Source of the DNA: Opitutales bacterium
Lineage (GTDB): Bacteria; Verrucomicrobiota; Verrucomicrobiia; Opitutales; UBA2987
DNA length: 64,000 nt
Assembly (NCBI GenBank): GCA_965226885.1
Contig: CBDDEL010000013.1
Coordinates: forward strand, 448,001-512,000
Reading direction: 5' to 3'
A program made the position numbers and the translations under genes. Positions 9,586 through 20,187 of this stretch are shown one piece after another (positions within the stretch are counted from its first letter, which is position 1; every line of letters begins with the position of its first letter). The notes under the pieces are model-generated. The model was not told where the DNA came from, made no database searches, and saw only the letters and a list, made by a program, of their open reading frames with translations.

Positions 9586-10661
9586 CCCATAATCCTGAGG
9601 TATTCCCGATCAAACGCTGCCAGCATGCTTTCCAGGTTGGCGTAGGGGCCGGGTTTGGCCACGCGGGAGCGCAAACCATCATGGGTAAGTTCGCACACAT
9701 GCCAGTCCTGCCGATTCGTCATGTCCCAGAATTGGATGGCTTCTTGCGGGCGATAATCCGGGTTTTCAGCGGCCTCGGAGTGGAATAGCCAATGACAGTG
9801 GATTGTTGTTTCAACCTCGCTCCGCCGCTCCAACCGGTGGGCCACCACGAAATCGGGATGCAGGCTTAAAAACAGGTTGGGGAAAAGGGTATAAAAGAAA
9901 ACCTTTTGCTGGTTTTCATTTGCAACCAGGGGTGGGGCGCACGCGCGTCCGCTCGTGGTCAGGCTGCCGTCCTTTGGCTTGATGGTCATGGGGCCGCCGA
10001 GGAAGGGACCTTCCTCCAGGTCGTTGCTGCTGTCCTTGTAGGGTGTGATTTTGTTTAAAAGCGGATGCACGCTGGGGCAGTGGTAGCACTCGGAATAATT
10101 ATGGAATAACAGCTTCCAGTTAGCCCGGATGCGATAACTCTTGCCTTCGGCCGTGAGTAGTTCCGGCAGTTGCCATTGGGCAAATTTATGATAAACGGGG
10201 GCGAACGCCGTTTGAATAGGTTCCGCCCGATCCGAGAAGTTAATGAAAATAAAGCCTTCCCATAATTGCAGGGAAATCCGGTGCAGGGAGTAGTCGGTTT
10301 TGGCAAAGCCATCCACCCCTGCCATATTGGGGGCGGCGGTCAGTTCGCCCTCGAAGTTATAAGTCCAGGCATGGTAGGGGCATTGTAAGTTTTCTTTTAA
10401 TAAACCATTTTTTTCATCACAGAGGCGTGTGCCCCGGTGTCGGCAATGGTTGTAAAAAGCCCGCAATTTTCCATCCTGGCCCCGCACGATGAGGATGCTT
10501 TCCCCTTCCAGGCGGCATTGCATGAATTCTCCACTTTTTTTAATTTCACTCTCCCGGCCAACGCATAGCCAGCGGCGGCTGAAAATCTTTTCGGAAGTGA
10601 AATAGCTGGCTGGCAGGTTTTTCGCCCCAAGGCTGCTGCGAAGTTTCCGTTCTGTTTTCAC
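9582..10661 (-). CDS. Rieske aromatic-ring-hydroxylating oxygenase alpha subunit (choline/glycine-betaine monooxygenase-like)
   Basis: CRHRG...CPYHAW Rieske motif; NWK...SECYHCPSVHP mononuclear Fe motif; QDWHVCE. Confidence 0.9.
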   Translation of the reverse strand: MKTERKLRSSLGAKNLPASYFTSEKIFSRRWLCVGRESEIKKSGEFMQCRLEGESILIVRGQDGKLRAFYNHCRHRGTRLCDEKNGLLKENLQCPYHAWTYNFEGELTAAPNMAGVDGFAKTDYSLHRISLQLWEGFIFINFSDRAEPIQTAFAPVYHKFAQWQLPELLTAEGKSYRIRANWKLLFHNYSECYHCPSVHPLLNKITPYKDSSNDLEEGPFLGGPMTIKPKDGSLTTSGRACAPPLVANENQQKVFFYTLFPNLFLSLHPDFVVAHRLERRSEVETTIHCHWLFHSEAAENPDYRPQEAIQFWDMTNRQDWHVCELTHDGLRSRVAKPGPYANLESMLAAFDREYLRIMG

Positions 10662-10740
10662 TGGCGCTTCAAGGGAATCGATTTTTCTTAATACATTTCA
10701 TTTACACGCCAACTGGCGCATTACATAATAACTGCCAGCC

Positions 10741-12285
10741 ATGTTAAAATTAAAGAACACTATCACCAATCATTTTCTTTCAGAAATGAAATTTCATGAT
10801 TCCTTTTTCATTCCGTTAATGGCCGCTCTTTGCCTGATCGGGAACCTTTCGGGTAATGGGGCCGATTACGGGGATGCTCCCGTGACCCACGGGGTGGCCA
10901 TTGGGGCGGTCGAGGGTGGCAACGCCCTTTTCTGGTCGCGCACCGACCGCGAGGCGATCATGCATCTGGCCATCGAAAGTGAGGATGGCGGTTCCGTTTT
11001 GGAAAAAACGACTCCCGCAACGGCATACCGCGATTTCACGGGCAAGATAAAAGTCAGCGGGTTTAAAGCGGATACGCTTTTGTCCTACCGGGTGTGGTTC
11101 ACCGTTGAAAATCCAGAATCCGGCAAAAAACACCCCGCCTTCCGGGGGAAAATCCGCACCGCGCCCTCCGCCGTGGACGGCCAGGCCGTTTCATTTGCCT
11201 GGAGCGGGGATGTGGCCGGGCAGAATGTTTGCCGCGATGCAGAAGAGGGGTTTCCAGCCTTCAAGGTCATAAATTCCTTGCCCATCGATTTCTTCATCGG
11301 CCTCGGGGATATGATCTACGCCGACAATACCTGTGAGGGAACGGGCAAGTACGGGAACCGGCAGGTCACCGGAAATTTTAGGCCTTCCGCCAATATGAAG
11401 GATTACTGGGAGCACTGGAAATACAATCGGGACGATCCCGGCTACCAGCAATTGCTGGCCCAAACACCTTATTTCGTTATCTGGGACGACCACGAGGTGG
11501 TCAACGACTTCGGCCCCCTTCAAGATACCCGGGAGGAGCCTCCCTATATTCCGGGTGAGCATCTTTTACCCCTCGGGCGCAGGGCTTTCGAGGATTATAA
11601 CCCAATCGAGGAGAATCCTGATTCTCCCCATCGTTTGTATTATAATATTCGCTGGGGCCTGAACCTGGAATTGTTTTTCCTCGACAATCGCCAGTATCGC
11701 GACGCCAAGAACGAGGCCGACGATCCAGCCCATCACAAAACCATGCTGGGCCGTGAGCAAGTGGTCTGGCTGAAGGAAAAACTGGGTTCTTCCAACGCGC
11801 TGTGGAAAGTCATCATTTCCAGCGTGCCCATGTCCATCCCCACCGGTTCGACCATCGGTGAGCGCGACGGATGGGCCAATTACGATCAGGAAACTGGTTA
11901 CGAGAACGAACTCCTCGACATCATCGGCTTTATGAAGGGCCTCCCTCAGCGCAATTTTGTCTGGCTTACTACCGACGTTCATTTTGCCGAGGTCTTTCGC
12001 TATACACCATATAAAGATGACCCGTCTTTCAAGCTGTACGAGTTAGTGGTTGGCCCACTCAACGCCGGGTTGTTCCCCAACCGGAAATTCGATCTTACCC
12101 TCAATCCCGAAAGCCTCTTTTTCCACGGCCCGGAAACCGCGGACTCCGTGACCACTTGGGAGGAAGCCAAAAAGTGGTTCAATTTCGGAGTCATATCCAT
12201 CGACGAAGGGGGAAAATTGACCGCCTCCGTGCGCGACACCGTTGGGAAAATCCTTTACCAAACCCGATTGCAGCCTGAGCGATGA
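10741..12285 (+). CDS. phoD: PhoD-family alkaline phosphatase
   Basis: GLGDMIYAD, IWDDHEVVND, LDNRQYRD, TMLGREQ, TTDVHFA motifs. Confidence 0.9.
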   Translation: MLKLKNTITNHFLSEMKFHDSFFIPLMAALCLIGNLSGNGADYGDAPVTHGVAIGAVEGGNALFWSRTDREAIMHLAIESEDGGSVLEKTTPATAYRDFTGKIKVSGFKADTLLSYRVWFTVENPESGKKHPAFRGKIRTAPSAVDGQAVSFAWSGDVAGQNVCRDAEEGFPAFKVINSLPIDFFIGLGDMIYADNTCEGTGKYGNRQVTGNFRPSANMKDYWEHWKYNRDDPGYQQLLAQTPYFVIWDDHEVVNDFGPLQDTREEPPYIPGEHLLPLGRRAFEDYNPIEENPDSPHRLYYNIRWGLNLELFFLDNRQYRDAKNEADDPAHHKTMLGREQVVWLKEKLGSSNALWKVIISSVPMSIPTGSTIGERDGWANYDQETGYENELLDIIGFMKGLPQRNFVWLTTDVHFAEVFRYTPYKDDPSFKLYELVVGPLNAGLFPNRKFDLTLNPESLFFHGPETADSVTTWEEAKKWFNFGVISIDEGGKLTASVRDTVGKILYQTRLQPER

Positions 12286-12776
12286 AAAGGCTCACGCTCC
12301 TTCGGCATGCCGAGTCGAACTGGAACCACCCCGGCCTAACCGATTTCGAGCGGCCTCTGAATGAGCGGGGTAGGCGCGATGCGGCCGAAATGGGCGACCG
12401 TTTGGCCAAACGGAACTTTAAACCCGAAGGCATCATGACCAGCCCGGCCCAACGTGCCCTCGAGACGTTGGCCATCATCGCCCCCGCCATCGATTTCCCC
12501 CTGAAGAGTATTGTTCATAACAAAACCCTTTACGGCGCAGGTCTAACGGAAATGTATAAAGTCATGGAAAAACTGGACGACACCCTTGAGCACATCCTCA
12601 TAGTCGGCCACAACCCCACCTGGACCGATCTGGCCAACCACCTCCTAACCGGTGACAGGTCATCCCTGTACAACCTCCCCCCCTGCGGAGTCGTCGACCT
12701 CGAATTAAAGATCCAGACCTGGAACGAAATCCACGAAAACTGCGCACACTCCTCCATCTCGACACCCCTGGATTAA
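12282..12776 (+). CDS. Histidine phosphatase family protein (SixA-like)
   Basis: LLRHAES, RPLNERG, SPAQRALET, VGHNP motifs; ATGA overlap with phoD. Confidence 0.9.
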   Translation: MKRLTLLRHAESNWNHPGLTDFERPLNERGRRDAAEMGDRLAKRNFKPEGIMTSPAQRALETLAIIAPAIDFPLKSIVHNKTLYGAGLTEMYKVMEKLDDTLEHILIVGHNPTWTDLANHLLTGDRSSLYNLPPCGVVDLELKIQTWNEIHENCAHSSISTPLD

Positions 12777-13001
12777 GGCATTCGGGTAAAACGGACTAAT
12801 AACGTAACCACTGCAAAATTTCGTTTGACAGTTAAGCCATTTCAGGATACTTCCCTTATTCATGGTGGGCATACGTACCATCAAACCTGATTGCTGGCTG
12901 GCATTTGGGAATGCCGCTACCCGACTGAATACACCAGATCGGGATCTCAGGCTAATGTCATTAGCCAAGGGCAATTCTGAATTATTGTCCTTTCCAGCAA
13001 A

Positions 13002-13070
13002 ACCACCCAAGAAGGGACTACCCCACCACCCAAGAAGGGACTACCCCACCACCCAAGAAGGGACTACCCC
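13002..13070 (+). repeat. Three perfect 23-bp tandem repeats (accacccaagaagggactacccc) containing a Shine-Dalgarno-like core
   Basis: Units at 13002, 13025, 13048; ATG at 13072. Confidence 0.95.
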
Positions 13071-13071
13071 G

Positions 13072-14155
13072 ATGGAGAAACTATACCCCACAAAAACCCT
13101 CACTCGGTATCGCCGATTTATCCTGACAGGCCTCCTCCTGGCCCTGACTACACTTCAGCTTGAAGCCCTTCATCCCTCAGCTTGAAGCCCTTCATCCCTC
13201 TTTTGTACTCAAATGGGGGCTACCGGCTCAGGCGACGGGCAGTTTAATAGCCCCCGTGGCGTGGCGGTGGATAGTTCCGGCAACGTTTATGTGACAGACA
13301 CGTTCAACGACCGCAACCAGAAATTCGACAGCAGCGGCAACTTTCTCCTCAATTGGGGCTCCTTTGGCAGCGGCGATGGGCAGTTTGATTTTCCATATGG
13401 CGTTGCGGTGGATAGTTCCGGCAACGTTTATGTGACAGACCAACTCAACCACCGCATCCAGAAATTCGACAGCAACGGAACTTTCATTACCAAGTGGGGT
13501 TCAAATTTTTCTTTTCCACGCGGCGTGGCGGTGGATAGTTCCGGTAACGTTTATGTGGTGGATAGCGAAAACCACCGCATCCAGAAATTCGACAGCAGTG
13601 GAAACTTTCTTCTTAAATGGGGTTCAAGAGGTTCAGGCGACGGACAGTTTAATTTTCCGTTTCCAGTCGGCGTGGCGGTGGATAGTTCCGGCAACGTTTA
13701 TGTGACAGACCAAATCAACGACCGCATCCAGAAATTCGACAGCAGCGGCACTTTCATTACCAAGTGGGTTTCAAATTTTTCTCTTCCATCTGGCGTGGCG
13801 GTGGATAGTTCTGGTAACGTTTATGTGGTGGATATCAATAACAACCGCATCCAGAAATTTTCATTCTCGGTTCCCGTAGCCAATGACGATGCGGCCAAAG
13901 TCGCCGCGGGGGGCACGGTTTCGGTTCTTGTCGGTGGGGCCAACAGTGTATTAGCAAACGACACCGATGCGGTTGGTGATTTTCTGACGGTAAATTCAAT
14001 TTCGGTGAGCGGACCGAATCATGGTTCCTTGATCCTGGCGGCGGACGGCACATTCACCTACACTCACGACGGGGCCGGATCGATCACAGACAGCTTTGTT
14101 TACGAAATCAGTCATGGCGAATTTACTGCTACCGCCACAGTGAGTATCACTATTC
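13072..14155 (+). pseudogene. Secreted NHL-repeat plus cadherin/Ig-like domain protein; 5' frame disrupted, 3' truncated by IS1-A
   Basis: Signal peptide MEKLYP...LLLALTTLQLEA; 22-bp duplication 13155-13198 creates a TGA; five GVAVDSSGNVYV repeats; PVANDD...SVLANDTD...DGTFTYTH...DSFVYEI domain ends at the IS end. Confidence 0.88.
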
Positions 14156-14957
14156 GGTAGTGTATAAAAAAAGAATGTTATTTTGGATTTTTAGCTGTAC
14201 AAATAGCGTTAGGCAGTTTATTCTTAGTGCATGGTTACTAAAATTATTAATTGTCGGCACTGTGGAAGTGAAAATATCATTAAATTTGGCAAGACGCCCA
14301 ACCATAAACAGCGCTACCGCTGCCATGATTGTGGTAAACAAAGCCGCGAAAACCCCACAGTGAAATACACCGAAGAGCAAAAAGAAATGATCCTTCGAGT
14401 CTATCAGGAACGCAGCAGTCTACGCGGTTTACAGCGCGCCTTCGGGGTGAGTCCCAACACCGTTTTGAGTTGGTTAAAAAAAACGACAATCGCTGCGACC
14501 GCTCAAAAGCACGATTCTTGCGGCCCGCCGCCATGATGTCATTGAACTGGACGAACTGTGGTCTTTTGTGGGGAGCAAGAGCGATGCCCAATGGGTTTGG
14601 ATCGCTCTTTGCCGACGCACCCGTCAAATCCTCTCCTATGCCATTGGGCCTCGGGATTGGTATCGTTGCCGGGAACTTTACGAGCGTCTGCCACGGGCCT
14701 ACAAAAGATGTGCCACCTACAGCGACTTTTGGAGCACTTATGATGAAGTCTTTCCTCATAACCGATCCGTGGGAAAAGAAACCGGTGAAACGGCCCATGT
14801 GGAACGATGGAACAATACCCTGCGCCAACGACTGGGTCGTTTCACACGCAAAACCCTCTCCTTTTCCAAGCTTAAGAGTATGCATGAAACCTGTCTGAGA
14901 CTTTTCATTCATCAATATAATCAAGAATTAGCCACCATTCCTACTTAATACACTACC
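14156..14957 (+). mobile_element. IS1-family element A, copy 2 (insA 14231..14536, insB to 14948), no target duplication
   Basis: Near-identical to copy 1; flanks cactattc and gaattcct do not match. Confidence 0.97.
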
Positions 14958-15470
14958 GAATTCCTAATACTAAATGGTAATCAGATCAGTGACATCAGCC
15001 CTTTAATGGGCTTGAGCAATCTGGAAGCGCTCAATGTTAGCGGCAATTTCCTCCTTCTGAACGCAGGATCTTCAGCGCTTGCAGTTATCGAAAGCCTACA
15101 GAACGGGGGCACATCTGTTATATTCGAACCGCAAAATCTGGACATTTTCCAGGGGCAACCTATCGACGGTTTTGTAGGGTGGAGAGCCTCACAATGGTAT
15201 TTGAATTACAACGTAGATTTCTGGCCCTGGATTTACCACGACGAGCACGGCTGGCAATTCGTTTCTGAAAACAGTTCCGAGGATATCATCTTACTCTTTG
15301 ATCTGGGCTTGGAGGAGTGGATTTTTCTCAACGCAAACACCTATCGCTGGTTTTTCTTATTCAGCAACACCCCCGGTTGGATCTGGACTTTTGGGGGCAA
15401 CACCCCAATTAGAAGATGGTTCCAGGGCCGCGATGACGGAAGCCTTTTCCTCGTAACGCCCGGTTTGTAA
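14958..15470 (+). pseudogene. 3' remnant of a second LRR protein with the Trp-rich C-terminal domain
   Basis: Frame opens at the IS end as EFLILNGNQISDISPLMGLSNLEAL; C-terminus FEPQNLDIFQGQ...DFWPWIYHDEHGWQFV is closely similar to 1916..2272. Confidence 0.9.
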
Positions 15471-15568
15471 TTAAGTAAATCCTGATGATGGTTTATCTGT
15501 GTAATCCGTGGTTGAAAAATGGGCGTATCATTTTACCTCACTTTCGTAGGTTGATATTTGGCGGTATT

Positions 15569-16664
15569 TTATTTCCAGTTGAGGATGAGGCGGGTGTAGT
15601 AGGTGGTATCGAGTTTTACCCTGTTGGGGGCCGGGTTGTTGTTGAATGAAGTTGCCAGGCCGAAGCGTATTTTCCAGAATTTGCCGCCCCCCAGGGGGAA
15701 TTCGAATCCCGTGTCCTGGGTGAAGCGGAAGTCTGAAAAATCCTCCACACTGGGTATGAATTTCAAATCCGTGGTCACTTTGCCGATTTTATTAAATCGA
15801 TAAAAATGCTTGAACCCGAAATCGAGACCGGGAGATTTGATCTTCGTTCCGTTGTCGAGGGTTTCAAAGCGGTAGCTGAATCCCGCCCGTGCGTTTAGTG
15901 AATGATGTTCCTGCTTGAAAAACCGATAGCTCAAACCGCCGGCTGTGGTGACCCGAAGGTCGATGTCCTCAAATTCATCCCTTTCATATTCCGACCGCAC
16001 GAACCAGCCCAGTTTTTTCTTGAAAAAGGAATTGTAGGTGGCTCCGGCGATGACTTCATTCGATGTCTGGTCGCCATTTTTTTGCGCCTTGTCGAAGGAG
16101 AGGTAGATGCCCAATGAATCATCCGGCCCGGCAAAGGTTGCCTTGAGGCGGGCCGCCATGCCGGACTCCTCGCTGTTGCCGGATTTACCGGTCAAGTCCA
16201 AGCCTGTCTCGTAAGACCATTTGCGGCGGCGGGCTTCGATTTCCTCTCTTCTTTTCACGATCACGGGATCTTCCTCTTCCGTTCCCCATGAAGCGGCGAT
16301 TTTCGGCATTTCGGTGGTTAATTCACCGCTCAATGCAACAATATTCAATTTCGACCGGCCCGTGTGGGAAATTTTGCCGGAAATGGTGATCCCGTTTTCC
16401 AGGCGGACATATACGGGCTCGTCGGTGCTGAAGCCGACCACCTCTGCCCTCTGCCCTATTGATCTCGAGGGCGCCAGCGTAGGTCGTGTCGAGGGTAATT
16501 TTCTTGTCCGTTATACCGGTAATTTTGCCCACCAGGCGCGCCCCGTCTCTCGTTTCCACGGTATCCGCCACAAGAACAGAAGCGCTCACCGCCATCATGA
16601 ACCCGATTATTGCAATTAAAATTTTGATTTTAAACATGTCTTTTGAGATTATTCTTATTCCCAT
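15569..16664 (-). pseudogene. DUF481-like outer-membrane beta-barrel protein, frameshifted
   Basis: N-terminal ORF (signal peptide, DTVETRDGARLVGKI) and C-terminal barrel ORF rejoin as INRAEVVGF when one cctctgc copy (16441-16454) is removed. Confidence 0.85.
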
Positions 16665-16740
16665 TGTCAGAAAAATGTCAGCGCACGAATATTGACGTCA
16701 GGAAATCATGGCAATGATTTAAGGAAAAAGTTTATCTCAA

Positions 16741-18570
16741 GTGAAATTCGCGGAACGTCATTACGCTTTTCGATGGGACCTGAAAAATCCCCGGGAGAAA
16801 CTATGGCCGCTGATTGCGGATACCAATCGCTTTAACCGCGACACCGGCCTGCCGCCTATGATTACGGAGGGTATGGATGCGGAAAACCCAGCGGTGCGAA
16901 TGATGCGTTTGAAATTCTGGGGCATGACCATTCGATGACGCGAATATCCATTTGACTGGGTTGCGCCCGAACGGTTCGGCGTGGTCCGGCGTTACATTAA
17001 CGGGCCTCTGGAAAGCCTTCGCATGCAAACCGTTCTGGAATCAAAAGAAAACGGGACCCTGCTACACTACAACGTCTGGATTGTGCCGCGAAATTTAATC
17101 GGGTGGCTGGCTGCCCCGTTGCAGATCGGTATTTCAGCCCGGCACAGTTTTGAACGCGCCTTCCGCCATTATGACAAACTGGCAACCGAAGGCTCCTCGG
17201 TCTTGAGAGAAGAACGCCCCCGGAGGCCGGGCAAGGCCCTCGCTTTTGGCGCTCGGCGGCGTTTGCGCGAAATTGAGCAGCGGCTGATTAAAAAAACCGG
17301 TTTCGATTCCTCAATACTCAACCCGGTATTGCATCTTGTGCAAACCGGCGACGATCTTTCCCTCAACCGGATGCGTCCCTATGTTCTGGCAAAATTGTGG
17401 AAATTACCCCGCCAGGCCCTTCTCGATTTGTTTCTCCATGCCACGCGGGAGGGATTGCTCGATTTCAGTTGGGAAATCCTTTGCCCGCTCTGCCGGGGAG
17501 CGAAGTCCACCGTGGCCAGCCTGCGCCAGTTGGAGGACGCCGCCCATTGCGATACTTGCAACATCCGGTTCGACACAAATCTGGACCAGGCGGTTGAACT
17601 CGTATTCTCGCCGAATCCGTCCATCAGAAGCATAGAGTCGCACGAATTTTGTGTCGGCGGCCCACAGGTAACGCCCCATATCATTGCCCAGCAAACCCTG
17701 CCTTCCGGCAAAAGTGTGCAATGGGGCCTTGATCTAGAGCCGGGCCGCTATCGTCTGCGGGCGGCATCGCAAAACGAATGCTCTTACCTCAATGTTATCG
17801 ATGGGGGAAACAAATCCCCGTCCATTGCAATCAACGAGGAAGGTTGGACTCCGGCAGATAGTTCCCTCGCTCCCACAAGCCAGTTAAATGTTTCCAATCA
17901 AAGCGAAATCCCTCAGCTCGCCATACTTGAGCAATTGGCCTGGATGGATGATGCCGTAACGGCCGCCGAAGTGACGGCGCGGCAGGCCTTTCGCGATCTC
18001 TTTTCGAGCGAAGTGATCGCTTACGGGGAGAAAATTTCGGTCGGCAATATAACCCTCGTTTTCACTGATCTACGCAATTCCACCAGCCTCTATGAAAAAA
18101 TCGGCGACGCTCCCGCTTTCGGTGTCGTCATGGATCATTTTGAAATTCTCAAAAAGCATGTGGCCGCACACGATGGCGCCATTATCAAAACAATGGGCGA
18201 CGCCATCATGGCGGCCTTTATCCAGCCGGTTAATGCGTTGCAGGCCATGCTGGCCGCGCAGGAAGAACTGACTGGTGGATCGGGCGGGTGCCCCCTCGGC
18301 CTCAAGGGAGGAATCCACAGCGGACCCTGCATTGCTATCAATCAGGATGACCGCCTCGATTATTTCGGGGCCGCCGTCAACCTGACGGCCCGCCTGGAAG
18401 GGCTTTCCTGCGGCGAGGACATCGTGGTCTCACAAACCTTTCTGGAAGAACCGACGGTTAAAGCTTTCCTTGAGGAAAAATCCAGTCAACTGAAGGTTGA
18501 ACCCGGAACCGCCCGGGTAAAAGGGATCGAGGCCGGCCCCGTCAAATTCGCCCGAATCCGCAAAATTTGA
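16741..18570 (+). pseudogene. Class III adenylate/guanylate cyclase with N-terminal SRPBCC-like and CxxC-containing domains; internal TGA at 16936-16938
   Basis: 16741..16938 and 16981..18570 are in the same frame, split by one TGA; FTDLRNST, KTMGDAIM, DYFGAAVNLTARL cyclase motifs; CPLC...CDTC. Confidence 0.85.
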
Positions 18571-18608
18571 ACTGGAATCTTGAGGGAAAATACTTACTCT
18601 CATAGAGT

Positions 18609-19421
18609 ATGAAATGGAAATCGGATAACGGGGTAGTTTTGGCATTTATTTTCGCATTATTTTTAATTGCAGGATGCTACACGGTTCCGGAAACGGGGCG
18701 CACAGCTTTGAATATTTTGCCCGACGGGCAGGTCAACCAGCTGGCCCTGGCTTCTTTCAACCAGATGAAAGTGGAGGAAAAAATTTCTGAGGACACCGAA
18801 ATGATTGACCGGGTGAACCGGGTGGGACGGCGCATCGCGGAATCGGTGGGCGAGGATTTGCCAAAAGCCGACTGGGAATTCGTCGTTTTCGACGACGATG
18901 AAATGATAAACGCCTTCGCCATGCCGGGAGGCAAAGTTGGGGTTTATAGCGGGCTTTTCAAAATCGCCACGACTGACAGCATGTTGGCGGTCGTCATGGG
19001 GCACGAGATTGCCCATGTGGTGGCCCGCCACGCCAACCAGCGATCATCCCGCGGAATTCTCGTTCAATTGCTCTCCATCGGAGTGGATTCGGCCATGGAG
19101 GATAGCAGTGTGCGAAGCCGCCGGGCGGTCAATTCAGCCATTCGCACAGGCGCGACCTTCGGTTACCAGATGCCTTATAGCCGGTTGAGCGAACGGGAGG
19201 CAGATCATCTCGGGTTGATATATTTGGCTCGTGCGGGCTACGATCCGGTGGCTTCCTTGGAATTCTGGCGTCGCATGGAAGAAGCCAATACCAGTCCGAA
19301 ACCACCCGAATTCCTTTCCACTCATCCGTCGGGTGAAAAACGCCGGGAACAGCTTCTGGAATTAATGCCCCTGGCTCTCGAGGAGTACAAAATCGCCCTG
19401 CAGAAGGGCAAGGTTCAGTAA
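18609..19421 (+). CDS. M48-family metallopeptidase lipoprotein
   Basis: Lipobox LIAGC; NAFAMPGGK, GHEIAHV (HExxH), YSRLSEREAD, FLSTHP. Confidence 0.93.
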   Translation: MKWKSDNGVVLAFIFALFLIAGCYTVPETGRTALNILPDGQVNQLALASFNQMKVEEKISEDTEMIDRVNRVGRRIAESVGEDLPKADWEFVVFDDDEMINAFAMPGGKVGVYSGLFKIATTDSMLAVVMGHEIAHVVARHANQRSSRGILVQLLSIGVDSAMEDSSVRSRRAVNSAIRTGATFGYQMPYSRLSEREADHLGLIYLARAGYDPVASLEFWRRMEEANTSPKPPEFLSTHPSGEKRREQLLELMPLALEEYKIALQKGKVQ

Positions 19422-19521
19422 ATAAAGCCTTCGACTTCCGCTGTGGCCATTGCACTCCCATCTAAACACCGACCCGACCTGGCAATCCACGATGCTTATT
19501 AAAAGAACTGGTGAATAAAGA

Positions 19522-20187
19522 ATGAACAACGAGAGCTCAGATGAATTGGTCCAATATTACGCGGACCGAGCCAAGGAATATGATAAAATTTATGAGCGAG
19601 AGGACTTCAAAGCGGCTGTCCCGTATCTGCTTTCGGTTCTCCGAAACATTTTTGTTGATCGAACGGTTTTGGAGGTTGCATGTGGAACAGGATTTGCAAC
19701 CAAGGACATTGCCAAAGTTGCGAAGAGCGTTCTAGCAACGGACATCAACGAAGAAGTTTTGGAGATTGCCAAGGTGAAGCTGGAATGTGCTGAGAATGTG
19801 GGTTTCCTGAGAGATGATGCCTTCAAGCTGGATCGGGTAAGCGGCAATTTTGATTCAGGTTACGCGGGATTTCTATGGTCCCACATCGAAAAACGGCGAC
19901 GTAGTGAATTCCTGACTGCTTTTCACTCTAAAATTCGACCTGGAGGGCTCGTGGTTTTATGTGACAGTCTGCCTGTCATGAGCGCATTTCGCTGGCCATT
20001 TACACGCACTGATGACGATGGCAATACGTATCAGACTCGCAGGTTGGAGAATGGAGATAAATATGAAGTCTTGAAGAATCTGACGACTCGCGAGGAATTT
20101 TCGGAAACGATTGAGGGACTAGGTGCGGACTTGGAGTGGCAGGAGATCGAATTTATTTGGTGTGCTTCGTATCGGTTGCCAAATTAA
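19522..20187 (+). CDS. Class I SAM-dependent methyltransferase
   Basis: VLEVACGTG motif I; YYADRAKEYD; GFLWSHI. Confidence 0.88.
   Translation: MNNESSDELVQYYADRAKEYDKIYEREDFKAAVPYLLSVLRNIFVDRTVLEVACGTGFATKDIAKVAKSVLATDINEEVLEIAKVKLECAENVGFLRDDAFKLDRVSGNFDSGYAGFLWSHIEKRRRSEFLTAFHSKIRPGGLVVLCDSLPVMSAFRWPFTRTDDDGNTYQTRRLENGDKYEVLKNLTTREEFSETIEGLGADLEWQEIEFIWCASYRLPN

Noticed and set aside
13261..13860. Regularly spaced near-identical DNA repeats
   Set aside because: They encode NHL repeats in frame; not a non-coding array.
16936..16938. TGA as Trp or selenocysteine recoding
   Set aside because: TGA terminates conserved genes in this window and the context suggests Trp, not Cys; a nonsense mutation is simpler.
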